Of a stretch of 64,000 nt of DNA, positions 1 to 12,977 are shown in pieces. The DNA lies in NCBI GenBank assembly GCA_951406725.2, contig OX597836.1, positions 40,610,001-40,674,000 of the forward strand. Reading direction: 5' to 3'. The notes beneath the pieces were generated by a model, which was given only the letters and a program-made list of their open reading frames with translations, was not told the origin of the DNA and did not search any database. Position 1 is the stretch's first letter, and each line of letters opens with the position of its first letter. Source of the DNA: Octopus vulgaris. Its lineage: Eukaryota. The translations under genes were made by a program, and so were the position numbers.

Positions 1-116
1 AGAATCTTGGAAACCAAATCCAAAAACGAAATAGTTCAATATATATTTTCTTCAAATTCGTTTCGTCTTATAAAGTGTCTAATTTAGTATTAGGTATTTT
101 TGTGCTTATTTATTGA

Positions 117-437
117 GAGACCCCCTTCGGTCATGACTGCGCCCAGAAAGTTGCCCTCCCAGGCACACAAGTCCGGGCAAGGTTGTTTATGAAAGACCAG
201 CAGTTGCCCATGCATACCGGCCTCCCCTCTCCACGCCACCAGTGTTATCCAAGGGAAAGGCAAAGGGACCGATACAGCTTGGCACCTGTGACATCGCAAC
301 TCATTTCTACAGCTGAGTGAACTGGAGCAACGTCAAATAATGTGTCTTGCTCAAGAACACAACACGGTCCGGGATTCGAACTCACAACCTCACGATCGTA
401 AGCTCGACGCCCTAACCACTGAGCCATGCGCCTTCAC
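117..437 (-). mobile_element. tRNA-derived SINE, family D
   Basis: The minus strand begins with a tRNA-like head (A box TGGCTCAGTGG, B box GTTCGAATCC), followed by TGTTGTGTTCTTGAGCAAGACAC. A second copy lies at 53645-53965 (+). Confidence 0.8.
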
Positions 438-531
438 ATATAAACGAAAATATTTAATCGTTTACTTTGCCATTGTCTACCAATCTGTAGGTGTTCTGCA
501 TGCATGTACATAAACGTGCGTATTCTTTACA

Positions 532-679
<148 letters not shown>

Positions 680-1103
680 TGAATGTGAGAGCGGTAGAAT
701 TCAAATCGAAATTACTAAAATTCTTACCAGCCACCTCCGATACTCGATAAAGATCACTTTCGGTGGAAAACGTGTGAATCGAAAGAATGTTGCAAGGAAC
801 GAGCGACCGGTGGCAGCAACGGGTGCAGTACCCGTGACGCGATCCACTACTAACATGACGCGCGGCCTCACCAGTGCGCGCCAATGCACGCCACCGACTA
901 TGCAAAGCATACAGCGTGCCAATGTATGCAGAGCTTCGTGCTTTGACCATACACGCAACAGCAAATAGCGCCGAGAATGCAAACAGATGATTTGTGTTAA
1001 CGCACATGCGGAGCGCAAACAGCGGCACGGCCATTCCGAGCATACTTGAGTACATTCTCTATCAGATAATGTGTAAGGCCGTTGCCTTCTATGTTAACAA
1101 ACA

Positions 1104-1523
1104 ATACCTATTTCTTTACTACCCACAAGGGGCTAAACGTAGAGGGGACAAACAAGGACAGACAAACGGATTAAGTCGATTATATCGACCCCAGTGCGTA
1201 ACTGGTACCTTATTTAATCGACCCTGAAAGGATGAAAGGCAAAGTTGACCTCGGCGGAATTTGAACTCACAACGTAGCGACGGGCGAAATACATATTTCT
1301 TTACTACCCACAAGGGGCTAAACACAGAGAGGACAAACAAGGACAGACAAACGGATTAAGTCGATTATATCGACCCCAGTGTGTAACTGGCACTTATTTA
1401 ATCGACCCTGAAAGGATGAAAGGCAAAGTCGACCTCGGCGGAATTTGAACTCAGAACGTAGCGGCAGACAATATACCCTAAGCATTTTGCCCGACATGCT
1501 AACGATTCTGCCAGCTCACCGCC
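1104..1523 (-). mobile_element. SINE family B, two tandem ~184-bp units
   Basis: Head GGCGGTGAGCTGGCAGAATCGTTAGC, B box GTTCAAATTCC, and central GCCTTTCATCCTTTC..GGTCGA (resembles the Deu/Nin-type SINE domain, from memory). The body is repeated head-to-tail. Confidence 0.85.
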
Positions 1524-2115
1524 CTTTCCAGTTCACCGCCCTGATAACAAGGAAGATACCTGTAATCAAAACTTGTTAGTTACTATGGAGACAACACAAC
1601 CTATCTATCTATCTTTCATATACAGTTTCTCTATCTCACTGTACTTCTCTCTCAACAACTTTTTCTCCTCCCCTTCTTCCCCTCTTTCACATATATCTTA
1701 TGACGGACAGACAGAGATCAGCTTCTCTTTAATAATGTAAGATATGGCGTTTCATTTTAGTTTGTGATATTATAAGGGCGAAGAGCTGACTGAACCCTTA
1801 GCACTTTAGGCAAAATCCTTAACGGCATTTCGTTCATCTTTAAGTTCTGAAATATTTGAAAGAAAAATAGCTGAAATGATGATGCCATATGTAGTTAACA
1901 TGATGCTAATAATGGCTGAAAATTCTAGAACAAGGTCACCAATTTCGGTTGAGGGGAAGGGTAAGTCGAAGGGAATCGACCGAAGTACTCAACTGGTACG
2001 TATTTCATCGACCCTGAAAGGATGAAATACAAAGTCGACCTCGATGGAATACTGCTCAGCTCAGCATCTTACCCATCGTGCTAACGATTCTGCCAGCTCT
2101 CCGTCTTAAACTTGA

Positions 2116-2342
2116 TACTCTTTTACTCTTTTAAACTTTTACTTGTTTCAGTCATTTGACTGCGGCCATGCTGGAGCACCGCCTTTAATCGAGCAACTCG
2201 ACCCCGGAACTAATTCTTTTTGTAAGCCCAGTACTTATTCTATCGGTCTCTTTTGCCGAACCGCTAAGTAACGGGGACATAAACACACCAGCATCGGTTG
2301 TCAAGCAATGCTAGGGGGACAAACACAGACACACAAACATAT

Positions 2343-2388
<46 letters not shown>

Positions 2389-2550
2389 GACGGGCTTCTT
2401 TCAGTTTCCGTCTACCAAATCCACTCACAAGGCATTGGTCGGCCCGGGACTATAGCAGAAGACACTTGCCCAAGATGCCACGCAGTGGGACTGAGCCCGG
2501 AACCATGTGGTTGGTTAGCAAGTTACTTACCACACAGCCACTCCTGCGCC
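2116..2550 (-). mobile_element. tRNA-derived SINE, family A (full length)
   Basis: Head GGCGCAGGAGTGGCTGTGTGGTAAG, CORE-like CTTGGGCAAGTGTCTT, internal (TA)/(TG) tract and (GTAAAAGA)n tail. More than 10 copies occur in the window. Confidence 0.9.
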
Positions 2551-2645
2551 TATATTAATAATAATAAATGTTTCATAGTAATTCGTAATAATTTGTTGTT
2601 GTTGTTGTTGTTATTATTATTTTCTTTATCTTCTCTTATTTCCAG

Positions 2646-2789
2646 ATCTCCGGCAAGCCTTTGAAATGTTTGATAAAAACCGTGATGAAAAGATCTCAGC
2701 CGACGAACTGGGTTGTGTGTTAAGAACGCTGGGATTCGAGTACTGTCAGGATGAGGTCGATGATATGATCAAGAATGCAGATACAAATG
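2646..2789 (+). CDS. Calmodulin-like EF-hand protein, internal exon (EF-hand 1 and start of EF-hand 2)
   Basis: Polypyrimidine tract plus ttccag acceptor; G|gtaagt donor; 144 nt, phase 1-1, the same size and position as the canonical calmodulin exon. Encodes LRQAFEMFDKNRDEKISADELGCVLRTLGFEYCQDEVDDMIKNADTN. Confidence 0.93.
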
Positions 2790-3506
2790 GTAAGTGTTAT
2801 GTGCTATTTCGTTCTGATGGGATAGACAACTCAAATGAAAGCCATTGTTATTGTTTTACGTGTTTATTTACTTTTCGTGTCTCACGAACTGTCCACATTC
2901 AGCGTAGTGATACATGTATACTTTTAGACACAGTTCATACCGTTCACTAACAAAATAGTGCCAAAAGTGGGGATGTATTCTACACACGTATTCCTACGTA
3001 TACACATAGATATGAATGTGTAACAGTAAGTTCAAAATTGATCGATATCTTAAACTCATAATCCCTGAGCAAACAGTCACTTTACGTGTATGCGTGTGTA
3101 TGTCAGTGAACAGGTTGCAGTCTCAAAGCGACGAAAATATTTCGACAAATTAAATTTAAATGTTGAAGTTAATCTAAAGGTTTTTGTGTCTCTTAAATGG
3201 CTTATAAACACCTTCCACGCTTCAATTGTTTATATAACATAATATGATATATATATAATAATTTGAGGGAATATTAATCCTAACTTAGAGGGAAAAATTT
3301 AATTTAGAAATACTAAATCAAAATTCACAAAATATAATATATATATAAAAATTAGATTAAAACACCTTTTATTAATTCAAAATGAATAATTAAATTACAC
3401 CATCTAGAAAATTACATATAATAGAAATATTAAATATAATTGTAAATTAATTGTTCATTTTGAATTGATAAAAGGTGATTTTCTCTCATTTTTATATATG
3501 TATTTA

Positions 3507-3541
<35 letters not shown>

Positions 3542-3723
3542 AAATATTAGGGAATAAATCCAATTTTATAGTAAAATATTATATTATATTAAATTAGAGA
3601 TAAAACCACTATTAGGCAAATCAAACAATGAAAAACTTAAGCCAATACATAAAATTAATTAATTTATATTATTTTAAATATATATCAAAAGTATTAAAAG
3701 TTTAATAAAAGATAATGAGTAAA

Positions 3724-3786
3724 ACACTACGATCGTTTCATGGCTGTCCAATTCGAGTTATGGTTACAGTCAATCTTCAGGTAATT
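3724..3786 (-). ncRNA. Minimal type I hammerhead ribozyme motif in a PLE pLTR-like fragment
   Basis: Minus strand reads ttac-CUGAAGA-U UGACUGU..ACAGCCA U-GAAA-CGAUCG-UA-gug, with palindromic stem III and weak stem I. Confidence 0.6.
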
Positions 3787-3841
3787 GAAATATTTATCTT
3801 AGCGAGGTTTAGCTAAACCTCGCTAAGATAAATATTTCAAT

Positions 3842-4107
3842 AAGTTACGGGGACGTAAACACACCAACATCGGTTGTCAAGGGATGGTGGATAGACAAAC
3901 AGATACAAACACAAATATATACATATACATACATATATACAACTGACTTCTTTCCGTTTCCGTCTACCAAATCCACTCACAAAGCTTTGGTCGGCCCGAG
4001 ACTATGAGACTATAGCAGAAGACACTTGTCCAAGGTGCCACGTAGTGGAACTGAACCCGGAACCCGGTACCATGTGGTTGGGAGGCAAGCTTCTTACCAC
4101 ACAGCCA
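3842..4107 (-). mobile_element. SINE family A, partial
   Basis: Matches the 5' two-thirds of the 2116-2550 copy. Confidence 0.8.
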
Positions 4108-4320
4108 TATTTACTCATATCTATTGCGCTCTTCTTACAGCATTTGTAAATAATGATTCGTGATTAAAATTTTAAAAAGCCAGCTCTTTTCCCAACGAAC
4201 ATTGAGATAGGTTTTACTGCCTTTTTTATTTTTTTCATTTTCTATTGTAATATATGAGTAGTGCACAGTGGTGATATTCTGTGTGTAAGTGTGCGTATGT
4301 GTGTGTGTATGCACGGAGAA

Positions 4321-4831
<511 letters not shown>

Positions 4832-5360
4832 GACAAGCATGCACGCATGTATGTATGTATATATATATGTATGCAAGTCCCTTTTAATGCTGGTCATGTT
4901 ATTAGTCCGCAAGTCTTTTTATCGTTCCCAAGACACTCATATTGTATGAATTGTTTCTGTTTCCAATCAGCACATTCCGGTTATCTCTATCTTTAGCTTC
5001 TTTGTATTGGGACAGTTTCTCATTTTCTTCCAGACATGAATTTGTCATTTGCTAGATTTTCAGATGATTATCATAAAGATTTCGGTATAAGCTTTGACTT
5101 TTTCTCTTTCTCAACAACTTCTCGTATTTCCCTTTTGTATGGTCGTGGGGCGGGAATGGGGGTTCGTTATTCAACTTCTGTTTTGGTCAGTCTTGTCATG
5201 TATTGGTCAAGAAACGGCCATTTCTTGGCCATTGTCTTAACATGACGCTATGGACTTCCATTATCGATTTAACTTCTGTCCGGGTTTCTCTGTCGTCCTC
5301 GCAGCCATTGTTTTATATTCACTAGTTTCCTTGAAAACAGTGAATATTGTTTTGTGCGTT

Positions 5361-5746
5361 GTAGTGGCTGTGTGGTAAGTAGCTTGCTCACCAACCACAT
5401 GGTTCCGGGTTCAGTCCCACTGCGTGACACCTTGGGCAAGTGTCTTCTACTATAGCCTCGGGTCGACCAAAGCATTGTGAGTGAATTTGGTAGACGGAAA
5501 CTGAAAGAAGCCCGTCTTATATATGTATATATATATATGTTTGTATGTCTGTGTTTGTCACCCCAACATCGCTTGACAACCGATGCTGGTGTGTTTACAT
5601 CCCCGTAATTTAGCGGTTCGGCAAAAGAGACCGATAGAATAAGTACTAGGCTTACAAGAATAAGTCCTGGGGCCGATTTGCTCGACTAAAGGCGGTGCTC
5701 CAGCATGGCCGCAGTCAAATGACTGAAACAAGTAAAAGAGTAAAAG

Positions 5747-5748
<2 letters not shown>
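5361..5748 (+). mobile_element. SINE family A
   Basis: Reverse complement of the 2116-2550 family sequence. Confidence 0.9.
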
Positions 5749-5805
<57 letters not shown>

Positions 5806-5807
<2 letters not shown>

Positions 5808-6002
5808 CGGGAAGGTTTACGAAAATAAACAAAAGACGAAGGCAGGTGGAGTACAAACAAACAATGTATTAGTATGGCGCTCAGGAATAGAAATAAAACA
5901 AGTCTTTTACGTTTCGAGCCTACGCTCTTCAACAGAAAGATACACAGAAAAGAAACAAGGAGAGAAAAAAATGCGTGTAGGAGCTAACGATCCAGCATGG
6001 CG

Positions 6003-6004
<2 letters not shown>
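5806..6004 (-). mobile_element. Solo Penelope-like pLTR with HHR-like motif at 5902-5941
   Basis: Homologous to 15735-15912 and 16820-17005, which flank a GIY-YIG ORF. Motif UCUUU-CUGUUGAA-GAGC guag GCUC-GAAA-CG-UA-AAAGA. Bounded by (TA)n on both sides. Confidence 0.7.
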
Positions 6005-6074
<70 letters not shown>

Positions 6075-6612
6075 GGCTATTAGTTAAACACTTGCCCATT
6101 TCGATTCGAATTGCACGCAGTTTTCGGTTTTGTTATATGCATTTACGTGAGTTGTTTCTCTTTGAATATTAGCGAATAGCTGTAAATGCGTTAACGAAAC
6201 TAGGTTAATGTCAGTGACAAAGGGGCAGACGAAAAAAAGGAGGAAAACTGAGAGTAGAAACCTGGAAAGGAAGAGATACAGAAAAAGAGTGAGTAGGTTG
6301 TAAATAAGAAAAGTTAAGAATATTTTTACTTCATTACTGCAGCAGATGTGAGAAAGGCTCAATTGTAAAATATGCATACGTTAGAATTAGATATTTGTGT
6401 ACATGCTAGTGCATGGCTGTGCACTTAAGGATGACAGGAACAAGGAACTGAATGAATTTAAAAGACGTTCTATACACATGCAATTATTTATCAAATACTG
6501 CATATGGAGGATTCACGTATAAGAAAGCAACTGAAAGAAAAAAATTTGCTGTATTATGTGGGAAAATGTTTCGATGTGGTTAAAAATGATTTGCGAAGTG
6601 CTATCGCTAATA

Positions 6613-7032
6613 AATACCTATTTCTTTACTACCCACAAGGGGCTAAACACAGAGGGGAAAAACAAGGGCAGACAAACGGGTTAAGACGATTATATCGATC
6701 CCAGTGCGTAACTGGTACTTATTTAATCGACCCCGAAAGGATGAAAGGCAAAGTCGACCTCGGCGGAATTTGAACTTAGAACGTAGCGGCAGACGAAATA
6801 CCTATTTCTTTACTACCCACAAGGGGCTAAACACAGAAGGGACAAACAAGGACAGACAAACGGATTAAGTTGATTATTACGACCCCAGTGCGTAACTGGT
6901 ACTTATTTAATCGACCCCGAAAGGATGAAAGGCAAAGTCGACCTCGGCGGAATTTGAACTCAGAACGTAACGGCAGACGAAATACTGCTAAGCATTTCGC
7001 CCGGCGTGCTAACGGTTCTGCCAGCTCATCGC
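6613..7032 (-). mobile_element. SINE family B, two tandem units
   Basis: Same sequence as 1104-1523. Confidence 0.85.
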
Positions 7033-7034
7033 TA

Positions 7035-7440
7035 ATAAATACCAGATTTCCAGTAAGTGCTTTCCAAAGTCCCGACATTTTGTAAAAAATTCAGATCTTG
7101 CGTTTTGCGGTTTTTAAGCATGAGGCTTTCTCTCAGCCGCACATAAACCACATCTTTCATACTCGTTCATGTAAAGTATGCTTGTCTCAAGAACTTTCTA
7201 CTTGGTGTTGGAATCAGAGGATAGATGTTAAGAGTCGGTAGAAATCATTTAGTGAAGTGGTATTGCTGATAAATTCCAGGTTATCAAATTCGCGACATTT
7301 TGTAAACAATTCATATCTTGCTTTTTTGAGGGTTTTCAGCATAAAGCTTTTTTTTCAGCCTCACATAAATCACATCTTTCATTCCCGTTCTTGTAAAGTT
7401 TGCATGTCTCAAGGACCTTCCACTTGATGTTGAAATCAGT
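7035..7440 (-). pseudogene. Two decayed tandem copies of a Penelope-like GIY-YIG endonuclease C-terminus
   Basis: Minus-strand translations DFNIKWKVLETCKLYKNGNERCDLCEAEKK..RYELFTKCRE and DSNTK*KVLETSILYMNEYERCGLCAAERK..RSEFFTKCRD match the PLE pattern IKWKIL..RCxLCxxEK..RxELxxKCRH. Confidence 0.75.
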
Positions 7441-7499
7441 GGCATGTACTTTCAAATGCCAAATGTAATTGGACAATTTTGTAACACACACGAAAAGAG

Positions 7500-7551
<52 letters not shown>

Positions 7552-7579
7552 TTATAAGAGAACAAACTGTACGTACGCC

Positions 7580-7616
<37 letters not shown>

Positions 7617-7748
7617 TTATATATATGTTTGTATGTATGTAGGTATGTATATAAGTGTGTGTATGCTTGTGTGTGTTGGGAGTGTTGTCTAAAAGAAGTA
7701 ATGATAGTGAGCCAAACAGATAGATAAATAGATGATAGATATATATAT

Positions 7749-7831
<83 letters not shown>

Positions 7832-7842
7832 GTCAGACAGAC

Positions 7843-7897
<55 letters not shown>

Positions 7898-8015
7898 CAG
7901 ACAGATAGATAGATAATAAATAGATAGATTCTTAAGTTTATATACACATCTTTTTATATAAGTGTATATATATATAGATATATGTGAGTATAAATATGTA
8001 TCTGTGCGCGCGCAT

Positions 8016-8060
<45 letters not shown>

Positions 8061-8129
8061 CTTACGATTGCTTAGATTTCTGGCTTTCGGTTTTATTTTA
8101 TATTTTTTCCCTTAGCATTTCCTGGGGTT

Positions 8130-8167
<38 letters not shown>

Positions 8168-8419
8168 TCCCTACCATTTCTCAACCTCCATATTCCTCCC
8201 CCCTCTCTCTCTTTCAGCCTTTTATCTGCTTCCTCTCTTGTCTTATCACTCTTTGCCGAGAACCAACATAGCTTCGTAGATAAGATAAAGAATTTATATC
8301 CTGTTCATTGTGCAATTCGATTCGCATATTAAACGAAAAATTATAAAAAAAACAAAAATATATATATATATTTAAAAAAAAAACTATGACAATAATATCT
8401 TCAAGCAATAAAGCTATCA

Positions 8420-8446
8420 CCGTCATCATCATCATCATCATCATCC

Positions 8447-8536
<90 letters not shown>

Positions 8537-8706
8537 ACAACAACAACAGCAACAATGCCATCACCGCCACCATCATTATCAACATTGTCGTCGTCGTCGT
8601 CATCATTGTCACCATCATCACTACCACTATCACCACTATCATCGTCATCGTCATCAACGTCATCATCATCATCGTCGTCGTCGTCGTCGTCAGCAGAAGC
8701 AGCATT

Positions 8707-8758
<52 letters not shown>

Positions 8759-9038
8759 CTGCCCTCACCAAAAGCACAACCACCACCGGCGTCACCCTCG
8801 CCACCATCATCATCACACTTGCCGTCATCGTCATCGCATCTGCCACCATCATCACCGTTACCATTACCAAAGTCTGCATAATTATCTTACCATCATCACC
8901 ATCATTATCCGCAGCAGCACCAACACCACAACCACCACCACCACCACCACCACCACTACCACAGCATCATCGCCATCATCGTCATCATCAAAACCATTTT
9001 AATTATCTTCCCCACTACCACCACCATCACCACCATTA
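8420..9038. repeat. (CAT)/(CAC)/(CGT) trinucleotide low-complexity tract
   Basis: Direct inspection; explains the poly-M/I/S ORFs. Confidence 0.95.
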
Positions 9039-9051
9039 TTATTTACCCAAT

Positions 9052-9366
9052 TTGGAAGCACTCCGTCGGTTACGACGACGAGGGTTCCGGTTGATCCGAA
9101 TCAACGGAACAGCCTGCTCGTGAAATTAACGTGTAAGTGGCTGAGCACTCCACAGACATGTGGACCCTTAACGTAGTTCTCGGGGATATTCAGCGTGACA
9201 CAGACAGTGACAAGGCCGGCCCTTTGAAATACAGGTACAACAGAAACAGGAAGTAAGAGTGAGAGAAAGTTGTGGTGAAAGAGTACAGCCGGGATCACCA
9301 CCATCCCCTGCCGGAGCCTCGTGGAGCTTTTAGGTGTTTTCGCTCAATAAACACTCACAACGCCCG
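9052..9366 (-). mobile_element. SINE family C (tail type 1), 5'-truncated
   Basis: 13-bp target-site duplication (TSD) TTATTTACCCAAT at 9039-9051 and 9367-9379; near-identical to 11416-11800. Confidence 0.9.
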
Positions 9367-9654
9367 TTATTTACCCAATAACATACATGGAGTAGATCTA
9401 CCAATTTCATTCGGAGACGCCCACCTGAATACAAAGATTCCGATTTCAAAGAGATTCGCGAAACAGCGATGAAGATCTCGGTCAATATCCATCGGTTTTG
9501 TTATTCAAGAAAAGGCAATCACAGATTGACCATGGGAGCACCGTTGTCCTGGCTCTCCGTCGGTTACGACGAGGAGTGTTCCAATCGGTACGATCAACCG
9601 AAGAGCCTGCTCATGAAACTAACGCGCAGAGAGCTGAGTATTCCACAGACACGC

Positions 9655-10443
9655 ATACCTATTTCTTTACTACCCACAAGGGGGTAAACACAGAGAGGAC
9701 AAACATGGAAAGACAAACGGATTAAGTCGATTATATCGACCCCAGTGCGTAACTGGTACTTAATTTATCAACCCCGAAAGGATGAAAGACAGAGTCGACC
9801 TCGGCGGAATTTGAACTCAGAACGTAACGGCAGACGAAATACCTATTTCTTTACTACCCACAAGGGGCTAAACACAGAGAGGACAAACAAGGACAGACAA
9901 ACGGATTGAGTCGATTACATCGACCCCAGTGCGTAACTGGTACTTATTTAATCGACCCCGAAAGGATGGAAGGCAAAGTCTACCTCGGCGGAATTTGAAC
10001 TCAGAACGTAACGGCAGACGAAATACCTATTTCTTTACTACCCACAAGGGGCTAAACACAGAGAGGACAAACAAGGACAGACAGACAGGATTAAGTCAAT
10101 TATATCGACCCCAGTGCGTAACTGGTACTTATTTAATCGACCCCGAAAGGATGGAAGGCAAAGTTGACCTCGGCGGATTTGAACTCAGAACATAACGGCA
10201 GACGAAATACCTATTTCTTTACTACCCACAAGGGGCTACACACAGAGAGGACAAACAAGGACAGACAAACGGATTAAGTCGATTACTTCGACCCCAGTGC
10301 GTAACTGGTACTTATTTTATCGACCCCGAAAGGATTAAAGGCAAAGTCGACCTCGATGGAATTTGAACTCAGAACGTAACGGCAGACGAAATACGGCTAC
10401 GCATTTCGCCCGGCGTGCTAACGTTTCTGCCAGCTCGCCACCT
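9655..10443 (-). mobile_element. SINE family B, four-unit tandem array
   Basis: Units of ~184 bp start near 9655, 9839, 10024 and 10207, with a single head at the 10443 end. Confidence 0.9.
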
Positions 10444-10449
10444 TTAGAC

Positions 10450-10660
10450 ACACATACCCTTAACGTAGTTCTCTAGGAGATTCAGCGTGACACAGGATGT
10501 GACAAGGTTAGCTCCTTGAATTACAAACGCAACTCATTTCTGACAGCTGAGTGGACTGGAGCAACGAGCAATAAAGCGTCTTGCTCAAGGACACAACGCG
10601 CCGCCAGGAATTGAACTCACTATCATGTGCTAAATAACCAAAGCGACTAACCTACGCGCC
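10450..10660 (-). mobile_element. Degenerate SINE with family D-like head and family C tail-1 segment
   Basis: Contains TTGTGTCCTTGAGCAAGAC..GCTCCAGTCCACTCAGCTG joined to GTGTCACGCTGAAT..GAACTACGTTAAGGGT; the tail continues at ~9550-9655 across the SINE B array. Confidence 0.6.
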
Positions 10661-11415
10661 TACGTTATGAGAATAGTTACTTATTTCCTTACTGCCCACA
10701 AGGTGCTTCACACAGAGAGGAAACAAACAAGGACAGACAGACAGGATTAAGTCGATTACACTGACCCCAGTGCGTAACTGGTACATATTTAATCGACCCC
10801 GAAAGGATGAAAGGCAAAGTCGACCTCGGCGGAATTTTAGCTCGGAACGTTATGAGAATAGCTACTTTGATATAGATTTTATTTTTATTTTTTAATGTTT
10901 GATTTCGAAGGGTGCTGAAAGGGTCCTGGCTCTAAAGATATCTAAAGGCAGGAAGGCAGCCAGACAGACAGACAGACAGACCGACAGACAGGCAGACAGA
11001 CAGGCAGATAGACAGACAGACAGACAGACAGACTGATTGATTGATTGATTGATGTGAGCGCACACCTGCATGTATCAGAGTGTCCTGGTACGATGATGCA
11101 TTAGCCATTCCTGCAGAGGAATTCCATTATGACTCACCTCCATAGTTGAGTGCATGCTTTCTCAGCAGTGAAAATGGATCCCACGGACATCCCACTGAGA
11201 GAATTACATCCTCCATTTATTATGTTAATGTCAACACTTACGTAAACTTCAAACGGTCAACATTTTATATATTTAATCGGAAGGAATAGACGCAGGCGTG
11301 CCTATGATGTAAGAGTAGGTGCAGTATGACTATGGGGTAAGAAGCTTGCTTACGAACCACATGGTTCCGAGTTCAAACCCACTGCATGGCACCTTGGCCA
11401 AGTGTCTTCTACTAT

Positions 11416-11800
11416 TGGAAGCACTCCGTCGGTTACGACGACGAGGGTTCCGGTTGATCCGAATCAACGGAACAGCCTGCTCGTGAAATTAACGTGTAAG
11501 TGGCTGAGCACTCCACAGACACGTCTACCCTTAACGTAGTTCTCGGGGATATTCAGCGTGACACAGAGAGTGACAAGGCCGGCCCTTTGAAATACAGGTA
11601 CAACAGAGACAGGAAGTAAGAGTGAGAGAAAGTTGTGGTGAAAGAGTACAGCAGGGATCACCACCATCCCCTGCCGGAGCCTCGTGGAGCTTTAGGTGTT
11701 TTCGCTCAATAAACACTCACAACGCCCGGTCTGGGAATCGAAACCGTGATCCTACGACCGCGATTCCGCTGCCCTAACCACTGGGCCATTGCGCCTCCAC
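11416..11800 (-). mobile_element. Full-length SINE family C (tail type 1) nested in a decayed family A copy (~11320-11900, +)
   Basis: tRNA head GGAGGCGCAATGGCCCAGTGGTTAGG..GTTTCGATTCCC; 12-bp TSD GTCTTCTACTAT at 11404-11415 and 11801-11812. Confidence 0.92.
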
Positions 11801-12194
11801 GTCTTCTACTATAGACTTGGGCCGACCATACAACCAAAAAGTGAATTTGAGTAGACGAAAGGTGGATTTTTGGAGACAGAAACTGAGAGAAGTCCTTGTC
11901 GAAATTCGCCAGGAAATCATGTAATGGTACATACTCGGGTGTTTTTTGTAATGCTTCTTTCTAAATTTCTAAATTCTTGCATCAATAAAAAAAAAACACG
12001 TTTGAAACAGCTGTAGTGATTTAACCAATATCTATCTCCGAAATTGCGAAGATGGTCTGGTGCTTAATTGAGGATGGGGGGCTTCGAATGACCCGTCCTT
12101 GTTTTCTTTGTATCGTCTGTCTGGATGTTTTGTTGTCCCCTTTTGTGTCGCCTAGCTGTCCAGATGTTTTGCGTTCTTGTCCCATTTTGTATTT

Positions 12195-12320
<126 letters not shown>

Positions 12321-12474
12321 CATTTGAGGTAAGACATTATTATTGTTCACTGATATTCTTTCCTATCTTGTCTGTAATGGATTTGTGACTCTTCGGTGGT
12401 ACAGAAATATTTTTTGACTTCTATCATTAGTGATATAGGTACTCATGTACTACCCTTGTGTATATATGTACATA

Positions 12475-12637
12475 GGCGCAGGAGTGGCTGTGTGGTAAGT
12501 AGCTTGCTAACCAGCCACATGGTTCCGGGTTCAGTCCCACTGCGTGGCATCTTGGGCAAGTGTCTTCTGCTATAGCCCCGGGCCGACCAATGCCTTGTGA
12601 GTGGATTTAGTAGACGGAAACTGAAAGAAGCCTGTCG

Positions 12638-12679
<42 letters not shown>

Positions 12680-12890
12680 GGTGTGTCTGTGTTTGTCCCC
12701 CCAGCATTGCTTGACAACCGATGCTGGTGTGTTTACGTCACCGTTACTTAGCGGTTCGGCAAAAGAGACCGATAGAATAAGTACTGGGCTTACAAAGAAT
12801 AAGTCCCGGGGTCGATTTGCTCGACTAAAAGGCGGTGCTCCAGCATGGCCGCAGTCAAATGACTGAAACAAGTAAAAGAGTAAAAGAGTA
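12475..12890 (+). mobile_element. SINE family A (full length)
   Basis: Complete head and tail. Confidence 0.9.
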
Positions 12891-12977
12891 TATCTAATAT
12901 TGTATGTATAGGTTTTATTAATTTGCCTGTACGACTAATAATTCGCTTACCACTTTTAATAATACCATCCCTATATT

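Noticed and set aside
4870-5360. Unique-looking stretch as coding or retroelement sequence
   Set aside because: The frames I translated are interrupted by stops and show no motif I can recognise.
11720-11800. tRNA genes at SINE heads (also 365-437, 32632-32705, 59617-59690)
   Set aside because: The A/B boxes continue directly into SINE bodies, with a TSD at the 11416-11800 copy, and the cloverleaf acceptor stems are incomplete.
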